Assembly: GCA_028279755.1 (NCBI GenBank)
Contig: JANQNB010000010.1
Location: 92,963-156,962, forward strand
Reading direction: 5' to 3'
Length of the DNA stretch: 64,000 bases
From: Candidatus Nanoarchaeia archaeon
GTDB taxonomy: Archaea > Nanobdellota > Nanobdellia > Woesearchaeales > UBA525
Shown here piece by piece: positions 1 to 9,121 of the stretch. Numbering within the stretch: the stretch's first letter is position 1; each line of letters starts with the position of its first letter. A program made the translations under genes and the position numbers. Below the pieces are notes generated by a model. The model saw nothing but the letters and a program-made list of their open reading frames with translations. It was not told where the DNA came from and searched no databases.

Positions 1-812
1 TTCGTTGCGCCTTTGATGTAGCGCTTCATGATGCCTTCGTCGATGTCGTCCATCGTGGCAGCGAAGATCGTGTGCTTGCAATGCTCGCTCCACGTTTGTG
101 CAATACTTTCGAGCTCGATGTCTGTCGGTTTTCTCCCTTCTTTTGCGAAGTAGGCTTTGATCGCGGTGAGATAGTCAAGGTCAAGCGCCAAGGGGCCACG
201 ACGTTCTCCTGTTTCCGGGTCCTTGATGCCCTGCTTGCCGAGCGCGAGCAGCTCTGCTTCAGGCACGTCCAGGTCGATTTCGATGGCTTCCGGCTCTTTC
301 GTGAGCTTCACGAGCGGGGCGACCTTGTCGAGACCCTCCTCCTGCTTGTATTCAGTGTTGCTCTTGATATGATAGCGCTCGATCAGGATGTTGATGAGCT
401 CTCTTGCCATGTTCTCGACTTCTTCCCTGCTGAGCGCGCCGGTGAGGAAGAGCACTTTCGAGCTGAACACCCTGTTGCGGCCGAGTCGCATGCTGAGCAG
501 GTCGTCGATGATCTCTGTCGCGGTGTTCGCCACGTTGTCAGTCACGCCTGGGAGAAAACCGAGCTCCAGGGCCCAATCGAATGCGAGCGTGCTCGGCTCG
601 TTGATTCTCGCAGTCTCCGCTACAGGATTGTGCAGTGCCGCAGCGACCTTCTCCAGTTGTTCTGCTGTGAAATCCTGCCTGAGTGTGTATGCCTTGCTGA
701 TCCGTGCTTTGACCTGGTGACCTAACGCTGCCAGTTTCTTCTCGAGCACTTGCGCTTCTGAGCCTTGCTCCTTGGTATCGATCTCTATTCTATGGATTGT
801 CTCACTCGGCAT
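1..812 (-). CDS. purL: Phosphoribosylformylglycinamidine synthase PurL, 5' part (partial; C-terminus lies beyond the window start). N-terminal PurS-like domain(s) fused upstream of the FGAM-synthetase N-domain.
   Basis: Hand translation of the minus strand from the ATG at ~812 gives MPSETIHRIEIDTKEQG...PTDIELESIAQTWSEHCKHTIF. The 'SEHC(K/S)H/Y' motif is the PurL N-domain signature, and the first ~160 aa resemble PurS. The frame stays open to position 1. This gene is not in the ORF track because it is truncated; the plus-strand ORFs 72..725 and 388..720 are antisense to it. Confidence 0.7.
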   Translation of the reverse strand, partial: MPSETIHRIEIDTKEQGSEAQVLEKKLAALGHQVKARISKAYTLRQDFTAEQLEKVAAALHNPVAETARINEPSTLAFDWALELGFLPGVTDNVANTATEIIDDLLSMRLGRNRVFSSKVLFLTGALSREEVENMARELINILIERYHIKSNTEYKQEEGLDKVAPLVKLTKEPEAIEIDLDVPEAELLALGKQGIKDPETGERRGPLALDLDYLTAIKAYFAKEGRKPTDIELESIAQTWSEHCKHTIFAATMDDIDEGIMKRYIKGAT

Positions 813-984
813 CAGCGGCACCCTCGGCCTTTTAAAGCGCTCTCGTCAGAACCATGTGTCCAAGAAAAAGTATAGGGTATTACGAATCTCAACGCCACCC
901 CCCAAAAATGGCGAAAGCTCGGCAGCTTATAAAGATTCCTGTGCGAGAAGCTCTATATCCTGCCGCTAGCCGGTTTGTGGATAC

Positions 985-2148
985 TTAGCCGAAAATGCCG
1001 CGGAACCAGCCCAGGAGCTTCTGGAGCATGCCTTTGCTCTCTTCGATGTCCTTGTCCAGGCTCTTGCACTCGGCGTTGTAGCACTGATTACTGGCGCATT
1101 CGTAATCGTTCTGGCACGAGCTGGCGTCGCTCTTCTGCCCTGTGAAGCTGCCGTCGATCGAGCAATAGCTGCCATCAATCCTTGTGCCGTAGGGCAGGCA
1201 GCGCTCTCCTTGTTCGCAGCCGTCGCATTCCTGCACTGGTGGTTCGACTACAGGACAAGCCTCAAACTCGCAGCTCGGCCAGATCCTGGCGACAAAGCTG
1301 CCGTCAGGGCATTGCTTCATCTCCTCTGTGCATCCGGGCACGTCTGGGCATGGCCGGAACGCGCAGTTGTTGTCTGGATCCCGCCCGACGCTCGTGCCGT
1401 CAGGGCAGAGCTTTGCGTCAGCATCGCAGGCAACAGGCTCTGGACACGGCGCCCAGTCGCAATCAGGACCGACACGGCCGACAAAGCTGCCGTCCGGGCA
1501 CATCTTCGCGTCAGCAGTGCAGGCGACTGGGGGAGGATTCACAGGTTCATTTGAGTCTGTGAGCCATTGCAGCGAGATCTCAACCCTGCCTGGATCGCCA
1601 GGCATGATGTCAAAGATGGTGAGCATGATGTCGTCAGGGCTGACCCACTGTTCGCGTTCTTCGAGTGTGGGTGAGGCATGGCCGTTCAGGAGGAACTTAG
1701 CCTCTTTTCGCGTATCGTGGATGTAGGCCGGATTCGCTTCGACTTCGATGCCGTCAAGCCAGAAGACCTTGAGTTCGCCTTCTTCGAATTCAGAGCTTAT
1801 ATAGTGCGGGGCTGGTTGAACTGGAAGGCCGTCCACGCATTCTGTGCCGAAGAATTCGAAGGTGACCTTTCCTTCACGGGATGAGGGGTCGATATCAAGG
1901 ATGACGATTTTCGCACAATGGAGCATATCATACTGGCCTTCGCTTAATGAGCGGGTGACCTCGCCGTTGACCGTGAACTTGCATTCAGGATCCTCGACAG
2001 CAGGATCGCTTACGAAAATCAGGGTCAGCTCGAATTCCATCCCGTTCGAGGTATAGACGTTCGTCTCGCCTTCGCTCATCGTATCTTCGATCGCGAGGCT
2101 TGTTTGTGCGAGTATGACGCAGAGAAATATGATCATCAGTTTCTTCAT
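985..2148 (-). CDS. Secreted cysteine-rich repeat protein. Signal peptide, 3x 'DAKxCPDGSxVGR..PCP' repeats, C-terminal module shared with the 2307..5108 product.
   Basis: N-terminus MKKLMIIFLCVILAQTSLA is a signal peptide. Three tandem ~28-aa Cys repeats (…DAKMCPDGSFVGRVGPDCDWAPCPEP / DAKLCPDGTSVGRDPDNNCAFRPCPD / MKQCPDGSFVARIWPSCEFEACP). The C-terminal tail …CQNDYECASNQCYNAECKSLDKDIEESKGMLQKLLGWFRGIFG is paralogous to the C-terminus of the next gene. Confidence 0.6.
   Translation of the reverse strand: MKKLMIIFLCVILAQTSLAIEDTMSEGETNVYTSNGMEFELTLIFVSDPAVEDPECKFTVNGEVTRSLSEGQYDMLHCAKIVILDIDPSSREGKVTFEFFGTECVDGLPVQPAPHYISSEFEEGELKVFWLDGIEVEANPAYIHDTRKEAKFLLNGHASPTLEEREQWVSPDDIMLTIFDIMPGDPGRVEISLQWLTDSNEPVNPPPVACTADAKMCPDGSFVGRVGPDCDWAPCPEPVACDADAKLCPDGTSVGRDPDNNCAFRPCPDVPGCTEEMKQCPDGSFVARIWPSCEFEACPVVEPPVQECDGCEQGERCLPYGTRIDGSYCSIDGSFTGQKSDASSCQNDYECASNQCYNAECKSLDKDIEESKGMLQKLLGWFRGIFG
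1279..1554 (-). repeat. Coding tandem repeat (3 copies, ~28 aa each) of the CPDGS-type cysteine motif inside the 985..2148 CDS
   Basis: Repeated protein motif visible in the translation; repeated GC-rich DNA segments ('ctgccgtcagggca...', 'gcagagctttgcgtc') at ~1290-1330, ~1390-1430 and ~1480-1520. Confidence 0.5.
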
Positions 2149-2306
2149 GCTTTCACCCGTGACTCTTTTTTGCTTTACCTGTTAAAAAACTTGTCAAAAG
2201 AGTCGTACTCTTCCAGCTCGAGCATGACGAATTCGTACCAGTCCGTTGTTTCCATTTTCCTCTCCAAAAAATGTTGGGAAAAAGGTTTAGGGGTTTTCGG
2301 GGGAGT

Positions 2307-5108
2307 TCAGCCGAATATGTTCCTGATCCAGCTCGCGATGCGCTGGAGCAGGTTGGTGTTCTCTGCGATGTCCAGGTCGAGGCTCTTACAGACTGCGTTG
2401 TAGCATTGGTTGCTGACGCACTCGTAGTCGTTCTGGCATGCGCTGCCGTCCCGTTGCTGGTTCACGAACTCGCCGAAGATGCTGCAATAGGTCGCAACTC
2501 CATTCGCCAGCCGGGTTCCGTATGGGAGGCATCTGCCGTTTGATGCGCAGCCGTCCATGCATTCGGTGGTCGGCTCCTCGTCGTCAGGAGGTGGCATGTC
2601 ATTGTCGTAGCACACGCAGTTCTCGTAGCCCTGGCCGTAGCAGACGAGCTGTCCGTCACACTCAGGGGTTTGCTCCTCGTCGTAGTAGCAGTCGCAATGG
2701 CCCTGGCTGTCGCAATACAGAGTGCCGCCATCCTCGCATTCAGGCTCTGGAACAGCCGGGCAGGGGTAGAATGCGCAGTTGTTGTTCGGATCGCGTCCGA
2801 CAGAGCTGCCGTCAGGGCAGAGCTTTGCGTCGCTGGTGCAATAGGTCGGGTTTGGTGTGGTCCGGTGGCCAGTGATCCAGAACACGACAACGCGGTTGTC
2901 GATGTCCTTGACTGACAAGGCACCGCGGAAGTTGCCGCTGGTGAACCTGCTCGTGCCGCCTTCAGCCACTTGCACTCGTTGCCCGTTCACGCTGAACACG
3001 ACCTGATTGGGAGAAGGCAAGCACTTGCCTGCGCCGGTGCCTGGCTCGCAGTTCGCGACAAAGCCGTAGAACACGCCGTCCACGCACACCTTGAGCTCGT
3101 AGTCGTACAGCTCATAGGTCTCGCATTCGCCTTGCTTCAGCTTACCCTCGACGCCTTCATCAGTGGGCTCGTCGAACAGGGTGATCATGTTCTCAACGAG
3201 CAGGTACTTCCTGCTTGTGCCTGGATAGCCCCTTGAGATTGTCTCGAATCCGTCTCCACGGAGGTGGTGCCAGCCGACATTCGCGAGCTGGTGTTCCTCG
3301 CCGGACATCTTCTTGCCCTTGAGCAGCATGGCGTGCTTCTTGTACAGGACGAAGACCAATCCCGCGGTCAGCTCGCTGTCGTCAAGCTGCTCATACGCGT
3401 CGATGTCAAGCATTGCCATGCCGACCGCGATGGGGTTGACGACTTCCTCATCAGCATGGATAATATCCACTTCAGGTCCTGCTTCCTGGAGTGCTCGCGC
3501 AAGATCGATCGCGTCCAGGATGTCGCTGGTGGGCGCCTGGTGGCCGACAACGATGGTGACATCAGGTTCGTCATTCGGCACGATGTCTGGACACGCTTTT
3601 GGCCAGAGCTCGAAATGCGCAACGCCGACCTGCTCGTCAGCGCTCGGGCTGATGCCGTGGTCGATGCGTGTCACCTTGATGGTGCCGCACCGCAATTCCT
3701 GCTTCTCGCCGACGTGCAATGCGCGGGAGACTTGGCCTTCGAGCATGAACTTCGCGCTTGGCCTGTTATCAAGGCTTGGCGCGTCCTCTGCTGCGCCAGC
3801 ATACTTGTCTTCCCAGTACAGCGGGTTGCTCACCCAGGTGAGAGTGAGCTCGTAGTTGCGGTTGTTGTGCCAGTAGTTCTCAGTGTCGCCTTCTCTGAGG
3901 CTGTCTTCGATTGGCGCAGGCGTGCTGGTCGCGCTGAATTTGCCGATGACTGCCCAGCCAGTGACGTAGTCAGTGTCCAGGAGGTGGAATTTCATACCTT
4001 CTGCTTGACCGTACTGGCCGACACGTACAGTGACTTCCTGGCCCTCGTACTCGCTCGCCCAGACGCTGAACGTGGCGTGGTTCTGCTCTGCGTCTTCGAG
4101 CATGATCTGGTAGCGCTTCCCGTCCAAGTACACAGCGTGCACATCGCCTTCATAGAGTTTGACATAGCCGTGAGGCACAGTGCTGCAGCTGCGTGGCCAG
4201 AAGGTGAATTCTGCCTGTCCCTGGTCGCCGCTCGCTGTCACGCTGTTGCCGATGCTCTCGACCTTGATCGTGCCGCACTCTGTGCTGTCTCGCTCGCCAG
4301 GATGGAGCGCTGCTGTCAGCTCGTCGTTGATCACGAACTTCGCGCTCGGCTGGTTGTCGAGTGGTTGTGCATCAGCAGCCTGTCCGCTTTCATGTTCTTC
4401 ACCGTCTTCCCAGTAGAGGGCGTTGCTCACCCATGCGAGGGTGATCTCGTATTCTTCGCCGCCCCAGTGGTAGGTCTTGGTCTCGCCCTCGCGGAGCGTG
4501 TCCCGGAACGCGTCGTCCATTGGTGGCTCGTCATCGTCCAGCAAGGCTTCGATCTTCTCCTCGAAGGTGCTGTACGGGTGTGCGCCGCTGACAAGCTCGC
4601 CGTTGATGAAGAATGCCGGTGTTCCTCGTACGCCGCGGCCTTCGCCTTCTTCGATGTCATCCTCGACGTCTTCGGCAGTGGAATCCTTGTCCAGGCAATG
4701 GGCCATGCTGCTCTCGTCCATGCCGACCCAGCCAGCCCAGCGGAGATAGTAGTCATAGTCGAGCTGATCCTGGTTATTGTAGACATATTCGATGTATTCG
4801 TACATCACGTCCTTGTCTGCTGCGCATTCGATGGCTTTGGAAGCGTCGAACGCGTTCTGGTGGAAGCTCAGCGGGAAGTGTCGATAGACGATCTTCACGT
4901 CGCCGTCTTCTACGTAGTTCTCATAGATCTCTGGGAATGTGTCGCGGTACCATCTGCCGCAGAACGGGCATTCGGGATCGCTGTACCATTCGATCGTGAC
5001 CGGCGCGTCTTCGTCGCCGAGTGTCTTGTATTTCTCCTGGTATGCGAGCGCTGCTGGCGCGACCATGAGCGCCACTGCGATGAGTGCTATCCATTGTGTC
5101 CATTTCAT
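2307..5108 (-). CDS. Large secreted protein: signal peptide + DsbA/thioredoxin-like domain (CPFC) + two internal ~90-aa repeats + CPDGS cysteine repeat + shared C-terminal module
   Basis: MKWTQWIALIAVALMVAPAALA is a signal peptide. 'WYSDPECPFCGRWY…RHFPLSFHQNAFDA…GTPAFFINGELV' is a DsbA-family thioredoxin fold with a CxxC. Duplicated block (…LREGETKTYHWGGEEYEITLAWVSNALYWEDG…QPLDNQPSAKFVIN…ECGTIKVESIG vs …LREGDTENYWHNNRNYELTLTWVSNPLYWEDK…PSLDNRPSAKFMLE…RCGTIKVTRID). The C-terminus …SDAKLCPDGSSVGRDPNNNCAFYPCP…CQNDYECVSNQCYNAVCKSLDLDIAEN…WIRNIFG matches the 985..2148 product. Confidence 0.65.
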   Translation of the reverse strand: MKWTQWIALIAVALMVAPAALAYQEKYKTLGDEDAPVTIEWYSDPECPFCGRWYRDTFPEIYENYVEDGDVKIVYRHFPLSFHQNAFDASKAIECAADKDVMYEYIEYVYNNQDQLDYDYYLRWAGWVGMDESSMAHCLDKDSTAEDVEDDIEEGEGRGVRGTPAFFINGELVSGAHPYSTFEEKIEALLDDDEPPMDDAFRDTLREGETKTYHWGGEEYEITLAWVSNALYWEDGEEHESGQAADAQPLDNQPSAKFVINDELTAALHPGERDSTECGTIKVESIGNSVTASGDQGQAEFTFWPRSCSTVPHGYVKLYEGDVHAVYLDGKRYQIMLEDAEQNHATFSVWASEYEGQEVTVRVGQYGQAEGMKFHLLDTDYVTGWAVIGKFSATSTPAPIEDSLREGDTENYWHNNRNYELTLTWVSNPLYWEDKYAGAAEDAPSLDNRPSAKFMLEGQVSRALHVGEKQELRCGTIKVTRIDHGISPSADEQVGVAHFELWPKACPDIVPNDEPDVTIVVGHQAPTSDILDAIDLARALQEAGPEVDIIHADEEVVNPIAVGMAMLDIDAYEQLDDSELTAGLVFVLYKKHAMLLKGKKMSGEEHQLANVGWHHLRGDGFETISRGYPGTSRKYLLVENMITLFDEPTDEGVEGKLKQGECETYELYDYELKVCVDGVFYGFVANCEPGTGAGKCLPSPNQVVFSVNGQRVQVAEGGTSRFTSGNFRGALSVKDIDNRVVVFWITGHRTTPNPTYCTSDAKLCPDGSSVGRDPNNNCAFYPCPAVPEPECEDGGTLYCDSQGHCDCYYDEEQTPECDGQLVCYGQGYENCVCYDNDMPPPDDEEPTTECMDGCASNGRCLPYGTRLANGVATYCSIFGEFVNQQRDGSACQNDYECVSNQCYNAVCKSLDLDIAENTNLLQRIASWIRNIFG

Positions 5109-5267
5109 GCTTTCAACCTCGTATCCGTTGTACTGCTGATCTGTGCTGTACAGGGTGTTGGTGACCGCGTACTTAAACTCTCGCCGGTCACAGAGGTAGA
5201 AAAAAGGATAAAATAGTCCCCAAATAATAAAAATAGATAAAAATAATACCCAAAAGAAAGAAGAAGC

Positions 5268-6157
5268 TTATTTCTTTATCAATTCGACGCTTTTCTTCCC
5301 GTTATCGTCGATTTTCAGCAATAATCCGCGTTGCTCCAATCCTTCGAGCGTGCGCAACAGGCTGGTGCGTGGAATCCGGGTGGCGCTCTTGAGCGAGGCG
5401 ATCGTCGCCTTGCCGTCCTGGACGATGAGCTGGTCAGCGATCATGCGCTCTTTCGGCCGGAGCGCGTCGAGGTGGTGCTCAATGGCAAAGCGCTTCTTCG
5501 CCGGCTTCGGGACCTCATCGCCTGGCAGGTCGCTCCGCTTTGTCGTGAAATAGGCCGCTACAGCGAGCACCATGAGCAGCGCGAACACGTAGAAGCTCCA
5601 GTGCAGGCTTTCTTCCGGCGCTGGCGGTGCGCTCACGCTCTGGTTGATGGTCATCGTCGTCTGCAGCACCACGCCTTGTTCGATCACGATGTCGAGGCTG
5701 CCTGCCTTGCCCTGCGCTGCGCTGGTGATCACGCAGCTCTCAGCCGGCAGGAAGGTGCGGAAACGGCCGGTGCCGTCGGTCTCGACAGCGACCTGGCGCG
5801 AGGGGCAGTCGACGACCAAGGGCGTGTGGATGATGAGGTTGTCAGTCGCGTCCCGGAGCTCTCCGAGGAGCAGGCCTGCTGGATGCAAGATCAGCGCGGG
5901 CGGCACCTCGCCAGGAGGAATACGGGCGTAGTACTCGTACGTCTCGGACGCGTTCTCCCGGACGAGCACGAGGAGTTCGTGCGCAGTCTGGTTCGGTAGC
6001 ACTGCCGGTTGTCCAGGCTCGATAAGGTATTCAGTCGCAGTCGCACCCTCAATCCTGACGAAACCGGCAGTGATCTCGCTGCCAGTCTGCGCGTCGATCA
6101 AGACAGTGGCTTCAGCCAGTGGTGCTAAGAGTATGACAAACAGCAATGCGTAGCGCA
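5268..6157 (-). CDS. Membrane-anchored putative transcriptional regulator (signal/TM – extracytoplasmic domain – TM helix – cytoplasmic winged-helix)
   Basis: I start the gene at the internal Met (MRYALLFVILLAPLAEA…) because the longer track ORF (to 6575) runs through the ferritin gene. TM helix WSFYVFALLMVLAVAAYF, then …RMIADQLIVQDGKATIASLKSATRIPRTSLLRTLEGLEQRGLLLKIDDNGKKSVELIKK, a TrmB/MarR-like wHTH. Confidence 0.55.
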
Positions 6158-6202
6158 TTACAATCAAAGAAAGAAGTCGGAATAAAAAAGTTTCGTAGAA
6201 TG

Positions 6203-6706
6203 CTACTCCTTTCCACGCTTTCCGAGCTTGTGGTCGAACATCAGCAAGGAGCCGGCGCTGCCCTTGACCATCTTGAGCTTCTGCACGATCTCGTCCACGC
6301 TCGCCTCTTCCTCGACCTGCTCGTCGATAAACCACTGGAGCAGGCTTTGGCTCGCGTAGTCCTTGGCTTTGACTGCCATGTCCATGAGCTTGTTGATCCT
6401 GCCGGAGATGTACTGTTCGTGCTTGTAGCTGGCTTGGAACGCCGCTAAGGGGCTTTGCCAGCTCTTCGGCGGCGCCTTGATCGCAGTAAGCGTTGGCGTG
6501 CCGCCGCGCTCGACGATGTGTTCGAAGAACTTCATCGCGTGCTCGGTCTCCTCCTGCGCCTGTGCCCGCATCCATTGCGCAAATCCTGGGAAGTTCGCGC
6601 TCTCGAGCCAGGCAGCCATGCCGAGGTAGAGATAGGCTGATTCGAACTCTGCGTTGATCTGGTCATTCATCGCTTTTTCCATTGAAGTACTGAGTGCCAT
6701 GAGCAT
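6203..6706 (-). CDS. Ferritin (ferritin-like di-iron protein)
   Basis: …MNDQINAEFESAYLYLGMAAWLES…FAQWMRAQAQEETEHAMKFFEHIVERGG…ISGRINKLMDMA…LLQWFIDEQVEEE carries the ferritin ferroxidase-centre motifs (E…ExxH…E…QxxEE). The ATG is 3 nt inside the GTG-initiated track ORF. Confidence 0.8.
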   Translation of the reverse strand: MLMALSTSMEKAMNDQINAEFESAYLYLGMAAWLESANFPGFAQWMRAQAQEETEHAMKFFEHIVERGGTPTLTAIKAPPKSWQSPLAAFQASYKHEQYISGRINKLMDMAVKAKDYASQSLLQWFIDEQVEEEASVDEIVQKLKMVKGSAGSLLMFDHKLGKRGKE

Positions 6707-6882
6707 CACCTCTGTTGTACGGAAGGGTGTTGTATTTAAGAATATTTAGTTGAAGTGCGGAAATCGTCGGAGAATCTTCACGCGCGCGGACGCTCTCCGG
6801 ATTCCTGCCTGGCAAGCGAATCTGATCCGATCACGTGCAAGAATCTTCCGTTTTTCCCGTCGAAAGCGAGTTATAAGCTGGA

Positions 6883-8070
6883 ATGCATACGACAGGCATG
6901 GCAACGATCCTCCTGAACGGCATACCCGGCATGCGGAAAGGCGAGCTCGTGCGGCGAGTACAGGCAAACGCAACCCTGTTCGGCGTCGATCGCACGATCC
7001 ATTCGATCTCCCTCGGCGACATCGTCGGCAAGCGGGCGCAGCAGCTTTTCGGAACCCGTCCGGAAGACGTTTGCCGTGCAGACTATTCATATCAGCAAGC
7101 CCTTCGGCGCCTGGCGCAAAGAGAAGCCCTCGAACAATTGGCACGCCTGCCAAGCGATGATCACGTCCTCTTTGATCTGCCGTTCACGCTCTCGACAGAG
7201 CATGGCTCTGTCCCTGACCTTGTCTTCCACCAGGCAGAGATCCAGGAATGGCACGACGCGCGATCGATCGATCATGTCATCTCGCTGCTGGACATTCCTG
7301 AACGTGTCGCTGACCGCCTTGTCGGCACGATCTATCCGAATGATGCGACGAGCAATGCGGATGTCAACAAGATCCTCGATTGGATGGTGTACGACGGGCT
7401 CATGGCCCGCTCCTTGGCACCGTATGATCACACGACATACAATAGCGCGGTTCCAACGCTCGCGATCCCGCGCGACGAAGCAGAGATCACCTTGCTCAAG
7501 ATACTGCACGAAGACGAGCGCGGACAACGCATGCACCAGGATTATCCTGTTGTTTATCTCGCCGGTCCGATCTCGAAGCTGAAAGAGGACCAGAAGGACA
7601 GGCCAAAGGTTCGTGATGAGAAAGCCATGCTTCGCGCCCGTCTTGATCGTTTCCAGGCGAAGATGCAACGCTACGCCATCACGATCGTGCCGATGAAGAT
7701 CGCGGATGCGCGAGCCCACGACGCGACCCAGATCGCGAACACAGTCTATCGCGACAAGCACTTCTTCGTGACTGGCGCAACCTTCACGGTCGCGTACTAT
7801 CCGAGCGCGAACAAGAGCTATCAGAGCGCGGGAACCATGGAGGAGTTGCGCCACGGCCTCCGCCTGGGCAAGCCGGCTGTGCTGATCCATCCAGGCATCA
7901 AGGACGGCGTGACTGCAGACGGTGAGGTCTTCGGCGTCAGGCCGCGCTTATGCTTCCGTAACCAGACACGGTTCTTCGACGCGCTGGAAGAGCACGGGCT
8001 CTTGCAGTCAATGAAGTCAGAAGGGGCTCCGCGCTATGATTGCATGCGCGACGCGATGAGGGTTATATGA
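6883..8070 (+). CDS. Hypothetical protein. N-terminal P-loop-like segment; C-terminal half has a nucleoside 2-deoxyribosyltransferase-like 'VVYLAGPI' Rossmann motif.
   Basis: Long ORF with typical codon usage. 'ILLNGIPGMRKGELV' is a degenerate P-loop; 'YPVVYLAGPISKLKED' resembles the NDT/LOG-fold motif. The function call is an inference only. Confidence 0.5.
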   Translation: MHTTGMATILLNGIPGMRKGELVRRVQANATLFGVDRTIHSISLGDIVGKRAQQLFGTRPEDVCRADYSYQQALRRLAQREALEQLARLPSDDHVLFDLPFTLSTEHGSVPDLVFHQAEIQEWHDARSIDHVISLLDIPERVADRLVGTIYPNDATSNADVNKILDWMVYDGLMARSLAPYDHTTYNSAVPTLAIPRDEAEITLLKILHEDERGQRMHQDYPVVYLAGPISKLKEDQKDRPKVRDEKAMLRARLDRFQAKMQRYAITIVPMKIADARAHDATQIANTVYRDKHFFVTGATFTVAYYPSANKSYQSAGTMEELRHGLRLGKPAVLIHPGIKDGVTADGEVFGVRPRLCFRNQTRFFDALEEHGLLQSMKSEGAPRYDCMRDAMRVI

Positions 8071-9121
8071 TCTTCGAGATGATCCCTTTGTCAGCGTCAA
8101 CCGCGACCTTGTCGCCAGTCTTGAAGTTCCTGGTGGCGTTGAATGCCTGGATGATGCACGGCACGCCGAGCTCGCGCGAGACGACTGCGGCGTGGCTCAA
8201 GAACCCGCCTTGCTCAGCGACGATGGCGCTCGCTTTCTTGCAGAGCAGAATAATGTCAGGGCTGGTGGATTCTGCGATGAGGATGTCGCCTTCGTGCATG
8301 GTCTTGTTGGCTGCAGCGATAGCCTCCTCGTTGTTCAGCATCGGGACCACGACAGCACGGCCCTTCGCCACGCCCGGGTTCGCCGGCACACCCGTGATCT
8401 TGGATGCTGGCTCGTATTTCGTGAAGTCGTCGAACAGCTGCTGCGCTTCCGCTGAGGAGAAGTGGGTTATCTTCCCGTCGATGACTGTGGCTGCATAGCA
8501 TTCCTTGCGTTCCAGAATCAGCTGTTCTGGTGGTAGTTCGCCGCTGAAAAGCGCGAGCAGCTCTTCTCGGTAGAGGTAGCGCGCCCAGTCTTCCTTGAGA
8601 AAGGTCTTTGACAGGTATGCGAGGAGATTGTCGATCACCCCGTCCTTGAAGAAATACGCGTTCATGATTTCGCGCGCAGTGAACTTGAACGTGCTCATGC
8701 GCTCCAAGCGCTCCTTTATTCCCTCGTCTGCTACGCTATAGGCTTCATCAAGGTATGGGAACTCGGCAAAGCCGTAGTAGTACCAAAGCCTGCCGAGAAA
8801 TTCGGAGACAGAGGAGAATTCCTCGAGGGTCATTGTCTCAGGAACCGTGTTGTAGTGCGCGATGACCTCTTTGGCTTCTTCGACATAGTCTTGGAATTCC
8901 TGAAAGAGCGCTTCGAAGCGTTGGGGAGTTCCGTACAGCGCTATCCCTGCCTTGCCAAGCGCTGGCAATTGTTCGCTCTGAAAGAATATGTGATAGTCCT
9001 GGCCCTTGCTCACGAGCAGCAAGTGTGCCTTGGCGAGGCTGCTGTGCAGCAGGAAGTCGTTGTGCAGACAGCTCACTTGTGCTGCAATGCTGAAGAACTT
9101 GGTGTAGTCCGCAGGATCCAT
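8063..9121 (-). CDS. PEP-utilizer 'swivel' phospho-His domain protein, paralog 0 (unknown N-terminal helical domain + C-terminal PEP-utilizers mobile domain)
   Basis: C-terminus …GDILIAESTSPDIILLCKKASAIVAEQGGFLSHAAVVSRELGVPCIIQ matches the His-domain of PpsA/PPDK (E. coli PpsA: GDVLVT.MTDPDW…[29 protein letters not shown]). There is no ATP-grasp domain and no PEP-binding domain. The start overlaps the PCNA stop (ATGA). Confidence 0.7.
   Translation of the reverse strand: MDPADYTKFFSIAAQVSCLHNDFLLHSSLAKAHLLLVSKGQDYHIFFQSEQLPALGKAGIALYGTPQRFEALFQEFQDYVEEAKEVIAHYNTVPETMTLEEFSSVSEFLGRLWYYYGFAEFPYLDEAYSVADEGIKERLERMSTFKFTAREIMNAYFFKDGVIDNLLAYLSKTFLKEDWARYLYREELLALFSGELPPEQLILERKECYAATVIDGKITHFSSAEAQQLFDDFTKYEPASKITGVPANPGVAKGRAVVVPMLNNEEAIAAANKTMHEGDILIAESTSPDIILLCKKASAIVAEQGGFLSHAAVVSRELGVPCIIQAFNATRNFKTGDKVAVDADKGIISKII

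Noticed and set aside
72-725. 217-aa plus-strand ORF (and nested 388..720)
   Set aside because: Cys/Arg-rich, no motifs, and exactly antisense to the convincing purL reading frame on the minus strand.
3264-5216. 650-aa plus-strand ORF
   Set aside because: Antisense to the 933-aa secreted DsbA-repeat protein gene. Val/Ala/Asp-rich, a composition typical of GC-rich antisense frames; no start context.
6158-6575. N-terminal 140 aa of the 435-aa track ORF 5268..6575
   Set aside because: Runs straight through the ferritin gene in another frame and is Arg/Gly/Gln junk. A good Met with a signal-peptide-like sequence starts at ~6157.
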